This document shows positions 26,853 to 36,393 of a stretch of DNA of 64,000 nucleotides, piece after piece. The first letter of the stretch is position 1; every line of letters begins with the position of its first letter. Position numbers and translations under genes: made by a program. This DNA is from an uncultured Roseburia sp. (GTDB taxonomy: Bacteria > Bacillota > Clostridia > Lachnospirales > Lachnospiraceae): positions 4,803-68,802 of the forward strand of contig CANONN010000007.1 in assembly GCA_947567625.1 (NCBI GenBank), given 5' to 3'. The notes below the pieces were generated by a model that searched no databases, was not told the origin of the DNA, and worked only from the letters and a program-made list of their open reading frames with translations.

Positions 26853-28064
26853 ATGAGAGTATCGATCATAGATGAAACATTAAAAATATATAGAGAAAAC
26901 AGGGTTATTATATTTGGAGCTTCCGCTTCGGGGAAAGGTGTATACAGCATCTTCGAGTCGTTTCAGATCAAAACAGCATTTTTTGTTGATAACGACAGGG
27001 AGAAGTGGGGCAGCCAATGCTGTGGTTTGCCTGTATGCGCCCCGGATGATTTGTCAAAGCAAAAAGACAGCTTTGTGGTATAGATTGCAAGTACGGCGGA
27101 AGACGAGATAGCCGCCCAATTGAGGGAAATGGGAATCGATTGCTATATCATGTATTCGGAAGCGATACACAGATTGATCAACCTGAACCGGTATCAATAT
27201 TTTAAACAGGACGGCAGTAATTATGCATATTATATGCAGCATGTATACGAGTCTTTGGCTGTGCCTAAGATTCAGTATTTGTGGGGGGATGTCATTACCA
27301 ACAATATGTATTCCCCGGAAGAAAGCATATGGCTTTGTATGCCGCCTAAAACGGGTGATTATACGGTGATGAACTCATTGACCCGCGCCGGCAAACGATA
27401 TGTGAATTTTATACATTCCGAATATGCAATGACAAAGAAGTTACAAAAGGCTGTCGGCGGGCGTAAGATCAAAGTGATCTGTGGAGTGAGGGAGCCGATT
27501 GCACAGAATTTGTCATTGATCTATCAGTTGGAGCAGGATGGGCTGCTGTGGAATATGAAGGAAGATTGGCAGGACGGCGGAGATGTTGCAGCGATATTGC
27601 GCCGGCTGTTGGAAAATGAAATTCATTATATAAAAAAAGAACATTATGACTCAGATTTACTCGAAATGAAAGACATGCAATATTATCCGCATACCTACTT
27701 CATTCAAAACTTTTTACAACAGGAATTTAAAAGAAATCTTGGCATAGATATTCTGGCGCATCCATTTGACGTGGAAGAAGGCTATGGGATTGTGAAAGAG
27801 GGAAATATTGAGATCTTTTTGTATCAATTGGAAAGATTAAATGTGGTTTATGAAAAATTATTTGAATTTTTAGGCATTGCGGGAAGCAGATTAGTCACTG
27901 GAAACAGCGCCGAAGACAAATGGTACAACAGATATTACAGAGAGGCAAAAAAGAATATCTCTCTTCCGGCGGATTATATTGACTGGAGCTATGAATGTGA
28001 ATTTACGAAGCATTTTTACAGCGGGCGCCAGATAGAAGAATATATGGCAGCATGGAAAAAATAG
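26853..28064 (+). pseudogene. Rossmann-like module + sulfotransferase-like domain gene interrupted by one in-frame TAG (27081-27083)
   Basis: ORFs 26853..27083 and 27120..28064 are in the same frame. Translation across the stop reads '...QKDSFVV*IASTAEDEIAAQLREMGIDCYIM', a continuous domain. Downstream, 'MPPKTGDYTVMNSL' and 'GVREPIAQNLS' resemble the sulfotransferase PAPS-binding 5'-PSB/3'-PB motifs. Confidence 0.6.
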
Positions 28065-28099
28065 AGATGGATAAGTGAAGAGGAATAAAGGAGAACGAG

Positions 28100-29221
28100 A
28101 TGGGGTTTATACCGGTAAACGAACCATTATTGAATGGCAATGAAAAGAAATATTTATGCGAATGTATTGACAGCGGCTGGATATCTTCGGAAGGGCCGTT
28201 TGTCAAAGAATTTGAAAAAAAGATGAGCGCTGTTGTGGATCGGAAATATGGCATCGCTGTTTCTAACGGCACGGCGGCTTTGGAAGTTGCGGTACAGGCG
28301 CTGGGAATCGGCGAAGGGGATGAAGTGATTATGCCCACATTTACCATTATATCATGTGCGATGGCGGTGACAAAGACGGGGGCCACTCCCGTCTTAGTGG
28401 ACAGTGACCGGTTTACCTGGAATATGAATGTCGATGAGATAGAGGCGAAAATCACTTCCCGGACGAAGGCAATTATGGTGGTACATCTGTACGGGCTGCC
28501 GGTTGACATGGATAAGGTATTGGAGCTTGCAGAAAAATACCATTTAAAAGTGATCGAGGATGCGGCGGAAATGCACGGGCAGACCTATAAAGGCAGAATG
28601 TGCGGCAGCTTTGGAGATATCAGCACTTTTAGCTTTTATCCCAATAAGCATATCACAACGGGCGAAGGCGGTATGATTGTCACGGATGATGAGGAGCTTG
28701 CAGAAAAATGCCGTATGTATCGCAATCTCTGTTTTCAAAAAGACGTCAGGTATGTGCACAACGAGATTGGCGATAATTATCGTTTTACAAATTTGCAGGC
28801 GGCGGTAGGGCTGGCACAGCTGGAGAGACTGGATGAGTTTGTAGCCAAAAAGCGGGAAATCGGCGCTTATTATACGAGCCATCTGAGAGAACTCGAGGGT
28901 TTGATACTGCCTGTAGAGGAGACGGACAGCGCAAAAAATATCTATTGGGTATACGCAATCGTACTGGGAGAAAATATAAAATTATCCAATCGGGAAATGA
29001 CAAAGCGGTTGGGGGAGCGTGGAATTGGCACGCGGACATTCTTCTGGTGTATGCATGAGCAGCCGGTCTATCAAAAAATGGGGCTGTTTCAGGGAGAACA
29101 TTATAAAAACGCGGAGTATTTGGCAAGAAAAGGTTTTTATATTCCAAGCGGCCTCGCATTGACGCGGGAGCAGATGGATGTGGTGGTGGAAGAGCTGACA
29201 GCAATCGTAAAAGGACAGTGA
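28100..29221 (+). CDS. DegT/DnrJ/EryC1/StrS-family PLP-dependent sugar aminotransferase
   Basis: 'EKKYLCECIDSGWISSEGPFVKEFE', 'AVSNGTAALEVAV' and 'FSFYPNKHITTGEGGMIVT' (PLP lysine). Confidence 0.92.
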   Translation: MGFIPVNEPLLNGNEKKYLCECIDSGWISSEGPFVKEFEKKMSAVVDRKYGIAVSNGTAALEVAVQALGIGEGDEVIMPTFTIISCAMAVTKTGATPVLVDSDRFTWNMNVDEIEAKITSRTKAIMVVHLYGLPVDMDKVLELAEKYHLKVIEDAAEMHGQTYKGRMCGSFGDISTFSFYPNKHITTGEGGMIVTDDEELAEKCRMYRNLCFQKDVRYVHNEIGDNYRFTNLQAAVGLAQLERLDEFVAKKREIGAYYTSHLRELEGLILPVEETDSAKNIYWVYAIVLGENIKLSNREMTKRLGERGIGTRTFFWCMHEQPVYQKMGLFQGEHYKNAEYLARKGFYIPSGLALTREQMDVVVEELTAIVKGQ

Positions 29222-29232
29222 GGAGGCCGTTT

Positions 29233-29991
29233 ATGGAAGTTTTTCAGGATTATGCCTATTATTACAATGCATTTTATCAGGATAAAGATTACAAAGGGGA
29301 AGCGGCACAGATCGATTTGCTGTTAAAAAAATACGGTGAAAATGTAAAATCGGTCATCAGTTTCGGGTGCGGTACGGGCAGACATGAGTGCGAATTATAT
29401 AACATGGGATATCAGTGCAGCGGGATTGACATGAGTGAGCTGATGATAGAGATTGCCAGGAAGCATGTATATGAAGAGGGGAAAAATATAGATTTTTTTG
29501 TCTCTGACATCAGAGAGCACAAGTCGCAGGTAAAGTTTGACGCGGTTATTTCACTATTTCATGTCATGAGTTACCAGATTGGCAACCGGGATATTCTGGA
29601 CGCATTTTCCGCGGCGAAAAACTGCCTAAGGCGCGGCGGTTTATTCTTATTTGATGTCTGGTATGGCCCGGGTGTGCTGAGTGATAAACCGGCAGTCCGG
29701 GTGCGCGAGATAGACAATGAGGAAAATAAGCTGGTGCGGATTGCGAGGCCCGTCATGCATGACAAGGAAAATATGGTGGATGTGTGCTATGAGGTACTTG
29801 TGATCAATCAAAAAACGAATATTGTAAAAAAAATTGAGGAAACCCATCATATGCGCTACTTTTTTAGGCCGGAATTGGAATATTTTTTGCAGCAGGCCGG
29901 TTTTGAACTGATCTGTAATTTGGATTGTAATACCTTGGAAGAAACCGATTATGGCTCATGGACGAGTTATTTTATTGCGCGGGCGGTATAA
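29233..29991 (+). CDS. Class I SAM-dependent methyltransferase, TylM1/DesVI-like (aminosugar N-methyltransferase type)
   Basis: ATG 29233 follows AGGAGG. 'YYYNAFYQDKDYKGEAAQIDLLLKKYG' N-terminal signature and 'ISFGCGTGRH' SAM loop. It follows the aminotransferase directly. Confidence 0.65.
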   Translation: MEVFQDYAYYYNAFYQDKDYKGEAAQIDLLLKKYGENVKSVISFGCGTGRHECELYNMGYQCSGIDMSELMIEIARKHVYEEGKNIDFFVSDIREHKSQVKFDAVISLFHVMSYQIGNRDILDAFSAAKNCLRRGGLFLFDVWYGPGVLSDKPAVRVREIDNEENKLVRIARPVMHDKENMVDVCYEVLVINQKTNIVKKIEETHHMRYFFRPELEYFLQQAGFELICNLDCNTLEETDYGSWTSYFIARAV

Positions 29992-30012
29992 GAACGGAAA
30001 GAGGAGATACAA

Positions 30013-31110
30013 GTGAAGAAAATAGTTTTATTATGTCAGCAAATCGGCTGTCCGTTTGAATTGTCACCGGCAAGATACCAGCTTTTAGATGAATTACTGG
30101 AACGAAATTATGAGGTTTATGTATTATTTCCCGGATATATTCCCAACAAAACAATGCGGGATAAAATCGATTGCTTTGTAAATACAGAAGAAATGTCAGA
30201 ACGTGAGATACGAAACAGAATCAGGCAAATCAGCCCGGCGTCTGTGATTGCCTTTACATACGAGGATGCAAGAATACTATATCAGCTGCCGTTGCTGATG
30301 AAAAATACCAACTTTTATTATTACAACTTGGAAATATATACCTGGGCATATGAAAAAAGAGCGCACCGTGCAGGTATCTGTGGTTTTTTGGAAGGCATGC
30401 TCACTTATATCGCGAACAAAACAAAAGAAATCCGCTATGTAAAAAATACGAAGTTGTTTGTAATTCAGGACGAGCTGCGAAAGAAGGTTTCCCAAAAACA
30501 TTTTATCAGGCATAAACATACCATGTTAATCCCAAATTCCTATGTATTTGACAAGGATAACTTATGCGGGGAAGAGGCGAACGGGGTGTGCTATTCCGGC
30601 GGTTTATACAGTGTATGGACGGGCATGTTGTCAGACGGGATTGAGAAAGTGTCAAGAACCCCGATTACCTTTGCGGGGTGGGGAAGCGTATCGTTCAGTA
30701 AAAAAATAAGCAAGATGCCAAATATGAAAGTAGTTTTTCAGCAATTATTGCCGGACGAGTATGACGCATTTTTAAAACAGTACGCGGTAGGGCTTATATG
30801 CTATTCGGAAATTGAGGATGATAATGTTAATTTTATTGGCATGGCATCGGGGAAGTATTTTAAATATTTAAGCCTGGGGCAGCCGGTGATAGCCATGCAT
30901 TGCCTGGGAATGGAGAAAGATATAAAAAGGTACGGGCTAGGGATTGTCATAGATGATGTCTCAAAACTGGATGAGGCGTATGAGCAGATTATTTCTAATT
31001 ACCGGTATTATCGTGATAATGTCAGAAGGGTATACCGTGAGAAATACGATTACAAGAAAGTAATCCGTCCATTTCTGGAGTATTTGGAAAAACAGGAGAA
31101 CGATAAATGA
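30013..31110 (+). CDS. Hypothetical, GT-B-fold glycosyltransferase-like
   Basis: GTG start. The C-terminal 'YFKYLSLGQPVIAMHCLGMEKDIKRYGLGIVIDDVSKLDEAYEQI' resembles the GT-B C-domain. Weak call. Confidence 0.35.
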   Translation: MKKIVLLCQQIGCPFELSPARYQLLDELLERNYEVYVLFPGYIPNKTMRDKIDCFVNTEEMSEREIRNRIRQISPASVIAFTYEDARILYQLPLLMKNTNFYYYNLEIYTWAYEKRAHRAGICGFLEGMLTYIANKTKEIRYVKNTKLFVIQDELRKKVSQKHFIRHKHTMLIPNSYVFDKDNLCGEEANGVCYSGGLYSVWTGMLSDGIEKVSRTPITFAGWGSVSFSKKISKMPNMKVVFQQLLPDEYDAFLKQYAVGLICYSEIEDDNVNFIGMASGKYFKYLSLGQPVIAMHCLGMEKDIKRYGLGIVIDDVSKLDEAYEQIISNYRYYRDNVRRVYREKYDYKKVIRPFLEYLEKQENDK

Positions 31111-31595
31111 AAAAAAGGCTATTTTCAGTGATAAGGCAGCTCTTAATCGTGACAGCCAGTGTGATCGGCGGCAATATTCTGGCTGTGAGAATGAACGAAA
31201 AAAAGTATAAGGAGCTGCAGGCGCTTTTAAAAAAGAATGTGGTTTTATGCCGCCTGTTCCATCAATGGCTCACAATGAAGCAGGAAAAGAAATCAATCAG
31301 CGCTTATCTGGAAAAAAATAATTTTCTGAATGTAGCCATTTATGGAATGGGTGATGCCGGGCAGGCACTGAAAAATGAATTGGCAGGAAGCCGAATATGT
31401 GTCCGCTATGGAATCGACAAACGTGCAGACGAAATTTATTCCGATCTTGAAATTATGACATTAGAAGGGGAACTTCCTGACGTAGACGCTGTGATTGTGA
31501 CATCCGTCTACTTTATTTATGAGGTTGAAAGAGAATTAAACAAAAAGATGAGCTGCCCTGTTTTATCCCTGCAGGATATTTTAGATGAACTATAA
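31107..31595 (+). CDS. Small membrane-anchored protein carrying the recurrent Rossmann-like module
   Basis: N-terminal hydrophobic 'LFSVIRQLLIVTASVIGGNILAV', then 'LNVAIYGMGDAGQALKNEL...GIDKRADE...DAVIVTSVY'. Confidence 0.55.
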   Translation: MKKRLFSVIRQLLIVTASVIGGNILAVRMNEKKYKELQALLKKNVVLCRLFHQWLTMKQEKKSISAYLEKNNFLNVAIYGMGDAGQALKNELAGSRICVRYGIDKRADEIYSDLEIMTLEGELPDVDAVIVTSVYFIYEVERELNKKMSCPVLSLQDILDEL

Positions 31596-31608
31596 GAAGG
31601 AGAAGGCG

Positions 31609-32646
31609 ATGAAAAAAGTCTTGGTTTATGGCGTGGGATGTTTTTTTGAAAACCATGAGGAGCAATTGAAAGAGGAATATGACATTGTAGGTTATGTAGA
31701 TCGTTCCGGCAGCTTACGGGGACAGGAAATTCCTGTTCATGTCAGTGATTTTCAGGGAGAGTATGATCAGATCGTCGTCATGGTGACGAAAATTTCCAGT
31801 TGCTTTGAAATTACGGCGGAGCTATTAAATGCGCCTATTCCATGTGAGCAAATTTTATTGGGATGCTCTTTGTGGGGGGAGTATGCTCTTTATGATGCAA
31901 TCAAGGTGATGCCAAATGGTAAGTATCTTTTAGTGAAAGATGATCTAAACATACAGGTCGGCACGGAAGACGAATTTATGAATGTGACAGAGGTTTTACT
32001 GATGCACTGTTATCACTATGAATTGAGCGGCGGCGGAAAGGAAGTCATTTTTGATGTAGGGATGAATATTGGCGACGCGACATTATATTTTCTGAAGCGC
32101 CCGAATGTCGAAAAAGTGTATGCGTATGAGCCGTTTAAAAAAACATACGGCGATGCGCTGGAAAATCTCAACGAGTATTTGGATTCGCCGCGTTTGGCTG
32201 TATATCAATTTGGCCTTAGCGATCATAACGAAGATAAGGAGATCGTGTTTCACCAAAATATGAGCTGCGGTCAAAGTACCATTCCCTCGGTCAATGAACA
32301 GGCAAGGCAAAATTATGGTGATTGGGGGCTTTTGCAGGGGGGCGATGCCCGGACAGAGTGGATTCAGATCAGGAAGAGTTCAGAGGTTTTTGCGGAGATA
32401 TTGGAAAAACATGCAAATTGCAAATTTATTCTTAAAGTGGATTGTGAGGGCGAGGAGTATGCAATTTTTCAGGACTTGGACCGCAGCGGACTTCTGAAAA
32501 GATTTCATTTTGTCATGGCGGAATGGCACTACAAAGGAGCCGGTCTTTTGTTGGAATGTCTGCGGAACAATGGTTTTTCTCTTTTTACCATGCAAAAGAG
32601 CTTACAGCCTCAGTTGGGGCTGGTGTATGCGTGGAAAGACGAATAA
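31609..32646 (+). CDS. Rossmann-like module + FkbM-family methyltransferase
   Basis: ATG 31609 follows AAGGAGAAGG. 'KVLVYGVGCFF...VGYVDRSG' module, then 'VIFDVGMNIGDATLYF' and 'ILKVDCEGEEYAIF' (FkbM). Confidence 0.75.
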   Translation: MKKVLVYGVGCFFENHEEQLKEEYDIVGYVDRSGSLRGQEIPVHVSDFQGEYDQIVVMVTKISSCFEITAELLNAPIPCEQILLGCSLWGEYALYDAIKVMPNGKYLLVKDDLNIQVGTEDEFMNVTEVLLMHCYHYELSGGGKEVIFDVGMNIGDATLYFLKRPNVEKVYAYEPFKKTYGDALENLNEYLDSPRLAVYQFGLSDHNEDKEIVFHQNMSCGQSTIPSVNEQARQNYGDWGLLQGGDARTEWIQIRKSSEVFAEILEKHANCKFILKVDCEGEEYAIFQDLDRSGLLKRFHFVMAEWHYKGAGLLLECLRNNGFSLFTMQKSLQPQLGLVYAWKDE

Positions 32647-32698
32647 AGGGTATGCATAGACCGCGTCACGGCAAAAGATATCATTTTAAGGAGTAAAA

Positions 32699-35014
32699 AT
32701 GAGAGCTGTCATTTTTGGAACAGGGGATACATATCAGCGATATAAGGATGCTTTCCGCAATATGGAAATCGTAGGTTTTATCGACAATAATGAGACGAAG
32801 TGGGGAACGATGCTGGACGGTTATCCCATTTTTTCACCCGTCAAATTATCAGAGGCAGAGTTTGATTATGTTTTTTTGGTCAGTGCTTCTTATGTGGAAA
32901 TGCGCAAACAACTGAGGGGACTGGGCATACCGGAACAAAAGATGATCGATAAAGATCATTTGCAGTTTTTTGATCATCTCGTTGAGACCGAAAATTTCAT
33001 GTTTCCCGCCAATACAGAGCAGAAGAGGGCGGGAAAAAGGATTCTGTTACTATCACACTCCCTGGATTTGACGGGGGCGCCGGTGGCGCTTTGCCAGTTG
33101 GCCGGTGTGCTAAAGCACAATGGCTGCGGGGTAACGGTCTATGCCGAAAAAAATGCGAAAGTCAAACACGGAGAGTTATTATATAAGCTTTTGGAAGAGG
33201 GAATTTCTGTTTCATTTTTTACTGATTTGAACGCGTTAAGAATTGCCGATTTGGAGAATGCATTTGACCTGTTCTGGGTGAATACCATTACGCTGTGTCA
33301 TGTCGTGGAGAAATTGCTGCCGACTGGCAAAAGAGTATATTGGTGGTTACACGAGGCAGATGATTTCTATCGCGGTATGGGTGCGTTGCAAAGATATCCG
33401 CACGCTGAAAATTTATATGTATATTCGGCCGGCTGGATAGCGGGCGGGGCATATGAGAGGTTTTCGGGAAATAAAGTTACGGGAAATCTGTTGTATGGAA
33501 TTTCGGATGGTTCGATGAAAGGGGGCGGCGAATCCAGAGAAACAGGTAAGGTTAAATTTGGGCTGGTGGGAGCATACAGCGAACGCAAGGGACAGGACAT
33601 TTTTTATTCGGTGATATCGGCGCATGCTCAAGAATGGATGGATGGCGCGGAATTTTTGTTTATTGGAGCGATACCGCAAGAGGTAAAAGACAAGTACGAA
33701 AAAATTCCCGCGATCCACTGCATGGGAGAGGTATCCCCGGACAGACTGGCCAGGCTGTATGATGATTTGGATGTTTTGGTCTGTCCATCGAAATATGATC
33801 CGATGCCGGTGGTTGTTTCGGAGGCTATGCAGCATAAACGGTTATGTCTTGTGACAAACAGAGTCGGGCAGTCGCGGTATATGACAGACGGTGTGAACGG
33901 TTTGATTTGCGAGGCTGAGAATGAGGAGGCCCTTGCAGGTAAAATTGCCTGGATTTTACAACACAGAGAAGAGATCGGGCGGATTGGCGAAAGAGGATAC
34001 GCAATTTATAAAGACCATTTTTCTATGGATATATTTGAAAAAAATGTTCTTGCCATTTTAAAAGAAATAGATAAAGGGCATGGCGGACATTCGAGTTCAG
34101 AAAATATCAGAGAGCAGCGTGTAACATGCAAGATTGTGTTATGGGGAACGGGGGCTGCCTATAATCGTGTCAGAAACGCGCTTCGCTATTTGGAACTGAC
34201 AGGGCAGATTGAAATTGTCGGAATCACCGCAAAGCAGCTGCCGCCGGCGAAACACTTGGACGGCTATCGCTTGCTGCGTCCCGGGGAATTAAGCGATACC
34301 GTGTATGACTATATCTTTGTATTGTCAGACCGGTATTATAGTGAGATTGTCCATGACGCAGTGACGTTATATGGAATTGCGCGCAACAGACTATTGCGTT
34401 ACGAGGTGTTGTTGATTCCTGAGTTAAGTTTACAACGGTATTTTATGTTGTATGAAAGCCAAATGACTATTTTATCAAATAATTGCTGGGGAGGGATGTT
34501 GTGTAAAGCCTTGGGCATGGAGTGCAGATCTCCGCTGAAAAATTTATTTTTGACGGATGAGGATTATTTGAAATTATTGTCAGATCTTAAATTTTATTTT
34601 TCCCAAGTGCCCTGTTATAAGAGAGATGACATGGATGCACATTCCAAGAAAAAATATCCTGTTTTAGGGCTGTGCGATATCGAAATACATTGTAATCACG
34701 CGAGCGGACCGGATGAAGCAATCCGGGATTGGATGAGGCGGGTAAAGAAAGTAAATTATAACAATCTCTTTTGCGAAATGTATACAGAGAATCGCGAAAG
34801 CGCGGTTAGATTCCGCGCATATAAGCAATACGAAAAGAGGATATGTTTTGTGCCTTGGAAAACAGAGGAACCGCATCTGATGCAGTTAAAACTCGGAGCC
34901 GGACAAAAGGAGTTCTGGGAAGCTGTCAATAGCAGTGCGGCTTTTGGCAGCAACGGCGTAACGTTTCATTTAATCGATTTGTTATTAGGGGAAGTGAAAT
35001 GGCGGCTATCGTAA
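32699..35014 (+). CDS. Multidomain: module + GT4 glycosyltransferase + second module + DUF1919-like domain
   Basis: 'MRAVIFGTGDTY...GFIDNNETKWG'. GT4 motifs 'ILLLSHSLDLTGAPVAL' and 'VLVCPSKYDPMPVVVSEAMQH...DGVNGLI'. Second module 'CKIVLWGTGAAYNRV'. C-terminal 'ILSNNCWGGMLCKALGMECRSPLKNLFL' is the DUF1919 signature. Confidence 0.8.
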   Translation: MRAVIFGTGDTYQRYKDAFRNMEIVGFIDNNETKWGTMLDGYPIFSPVKLSEAEFDYVFLVSASYVEMRKQLRGLGIPEQKMIDKDHLQFFDHLVETENFMFPANTEQKRAGKRILLLSHSLDLTGAPVALCQLAGVLKHNGCGVTVYAEKNAKVKHGELLYKLLEEGISVSFFTDLNALRIADLENAFDLFWVNTITLCHVVEKLLPTGKRVYWWLHEADDFYRGMGALQRYPHAENLYVYSAGWIAGGAYERFSGNKVTGNLLYGISDGSMKGGGESRETGKVKFGLVGAYSERKGQDIFYSVISAHAQEWMDGAEFLFIGAIPQEVKDKYEKIPAIHCMGEVSPDRLARLYDDLDVLVCPSKYDPMPVVVSEAMQHKRLCLVTNRVGQSRYMTDGVNGLICEAENEEALAGKIAWILQHREEIGRIGERGYAIYKDHFSMDIFEKNVLAILKEIDKGHGGHSSSENIREQRVTCKIVLWGTGAAYNRVRNALRYLELTGQIEIVGITAKQLPPAKHLDGYRLLRPGELSDTVYDYIFVLSDRYYSEIVHDAVTLYGIARNRLLRYEVLLIPELSLQRYFMLYESQMTILSNNCWGGMLCKALGMECRSPLKNLFLTDEDYLKLLSDLKFYFSQVPCYKRDDMDAHSKKKYPVLGLCDIEIHCNHASGPDEAIRDWMRRVKKVNYNNLFCEMYTENRESAVRFRAYKQYEKRICFVPWKTEEPHLMQLKLGAGQKEFWEAVNSSAAFGSNGVTFHLIDLLLGEVKWRLS

Positions 35015-35090
35015 TAAGGCAGACAGCCCCGATCAGGGTAATGTTACAAAACTAGATTGAGAGAACACAGGATAACAGGAGGTTTTATTT

Positions 35091-36221
35091 ATGGAAGTTT
35101 ATATCTGGGGAACGGGTGAGCTGGCGCAGACATGTATGGAAGATCTCGTGCCTGGCGTGCATGTATTGGGTTTTGTGGAAAGCGCACCTGGCAAAAAGGA
35201 GTTTTGCGGGAAGAAAGTGATTGCGGGGAGCGCCGTTGCAGATACGTCCTATGATTATATGATACTGGCAAATTCGCATGAGGATGAAATTATAAAAAAT
35301 TTTTTACTGGATGAAAAGAGAACCGTATGTTATAGGATGGAGCTTGAAAATGGTGAGGATGGAGCAATCACATTTAGAAGAAATAATCCCGGATTATCAG
35401 ACGAGTTATTTCAAAGCCAAAGGAAATTGGAGGTCACGGAACTGGCACGGGATGTGATGCCCTGCATTTCTTTACAGTTGGAACATGTAAAATTTATATT
35501 TGACCATAATGATAATTTGATACCAAATGAAATGATCGGATATGGAAAAGTCTATAGCAAGGATGAGATGTGCTTTTTCTATGAGATGGCGCCTAAAATG
35601 GAGGGAGGTTTTTTCCTGGATATCGGTGCAAATGTCGGGACAACATCCATCTACTTTAAAAAGAATATTTGCGGTTCTTTGAAATATATTGCTTTTGAGC
35701 CGTTAAAGGATAATTACAAATATTTAAAAATGAACTGTATTTTAAATGATTGTGAAGATATCAAGGCAGAAAATATAGGAATGTCAAATACGGAAGGGCA
35801 GAAAAAAATGTTTGTTTTTGACGGGGCATTTGGCTCTTCTATGGTTTCCGATGGGAAAGAGGCATCGGATTTGTGCGAATTTATGTCGCTGGATCAATAT
35901 ATCCAGCGCAATCAATTATCTGCGGACGATATTGGCTATCTGTGGGTTGATGTGCAGTGTCATGAATTAGAAGTGCTCGAGGGTGCGAAAAAGACATTGA
36001 CAGATTCCAGAGCGAGCCTGTTTATCGAGTTCAATGTCGGAGTGTACCGGGAAGAGGGAAAATGCGAAAAATTCCTGGGAATCCTGAAAGATATCTATTC
36101 AAAATTTATATGTTATGAGCAGTATGCGAACGGAAGAAAAGAGGTTCGCGCTATTGAGGAATTGTTTGAACTGCCAAAAGAAATAAATGCGCCATTTTGC
36201 AATATTTTACTCATGAAATAG
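35091..36221 (+). CDS. Rossmann-like module + FkbM-family methyltransferase
   Basis: 'MEVYIWGTGELAQ...LGFVESAPGKKEF', then 'FFLDIGANVGTTSIYF' and 'LWVDVQCHELEVLEGA'. Confidence 0.75.
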   Translation: MEVYIWGTGELAQTCMEDLVPGVHVLGFVESAPGKKEFCGKKVIAGSAVADTSYDYMILANSHEDEIIKNFLLDEKRTVCYRMELENGEDGAITFRRNNPGLSDELFQSQRKLEVTELARDVMPCISLQLEHVKFIFDHNDNLIPNEMIGYGKVYSKDEMCFFYEMAPKMEGGFFLDIGANVGTTSIYFKKNICGSLKYIAFEPLKDNYKYLKMNCILNDCEDIKAENIGMSNTEGQKKMFVFDGAFGSSMVSDGKEASDLCEFMSLDQYIQRNQLSADDIGYLWVDVQCHELEVLEGAKKTLTDSRASLFIEFNVGVYREEGKCEKFLGILKDIYSKFICYEQYANGRKEVRAIEELFELPKEINAPFCNILLMK

Positions 36222-36231
36222 CAGCTGAAAA

Positions 36232-36375
36232 GTAACAGTTCAGCCTGCAACTGCGCACTTGCTGCGCAGTTAGCAGCCAGTAGTGCCGAACAGTAAAAAA
36301 AGCCGCTCCTTTGCCGCAGGCAAACTTTAAATGGAGCAGATTCCGTAACAGGGAAGCCGAAGGCTGAACTGTTAC
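36232..36375 (+). repeat. Family-1 structured intergenic element, copy B
   Basis: Perfect 14-nt terminal inverted repeats GTAACAGTTCAGCC (36232-36245) / GGCTGAACTGTTAC (36362-36375). Internal hairpins AACTGCGCA-cttgc-TGCGCAGTT and GCTCC[TTTGCC-gca-GGCAAA]ctttaaatGGAGC. Confidence 0.85.
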
Positions 36376-36393
36376 GCTGAAAAGGAAATATAT

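Noticed and set aside
27081-27083. In-frame TAG considered as a pyrrolysine codon
   Set aside because: No pylTSBCD genes or methylamine methyltransferase context exist in the window, and the gene family is not known to use Pyl. A nonsense mutation, sequencing error or readthrough is more parsimonious.
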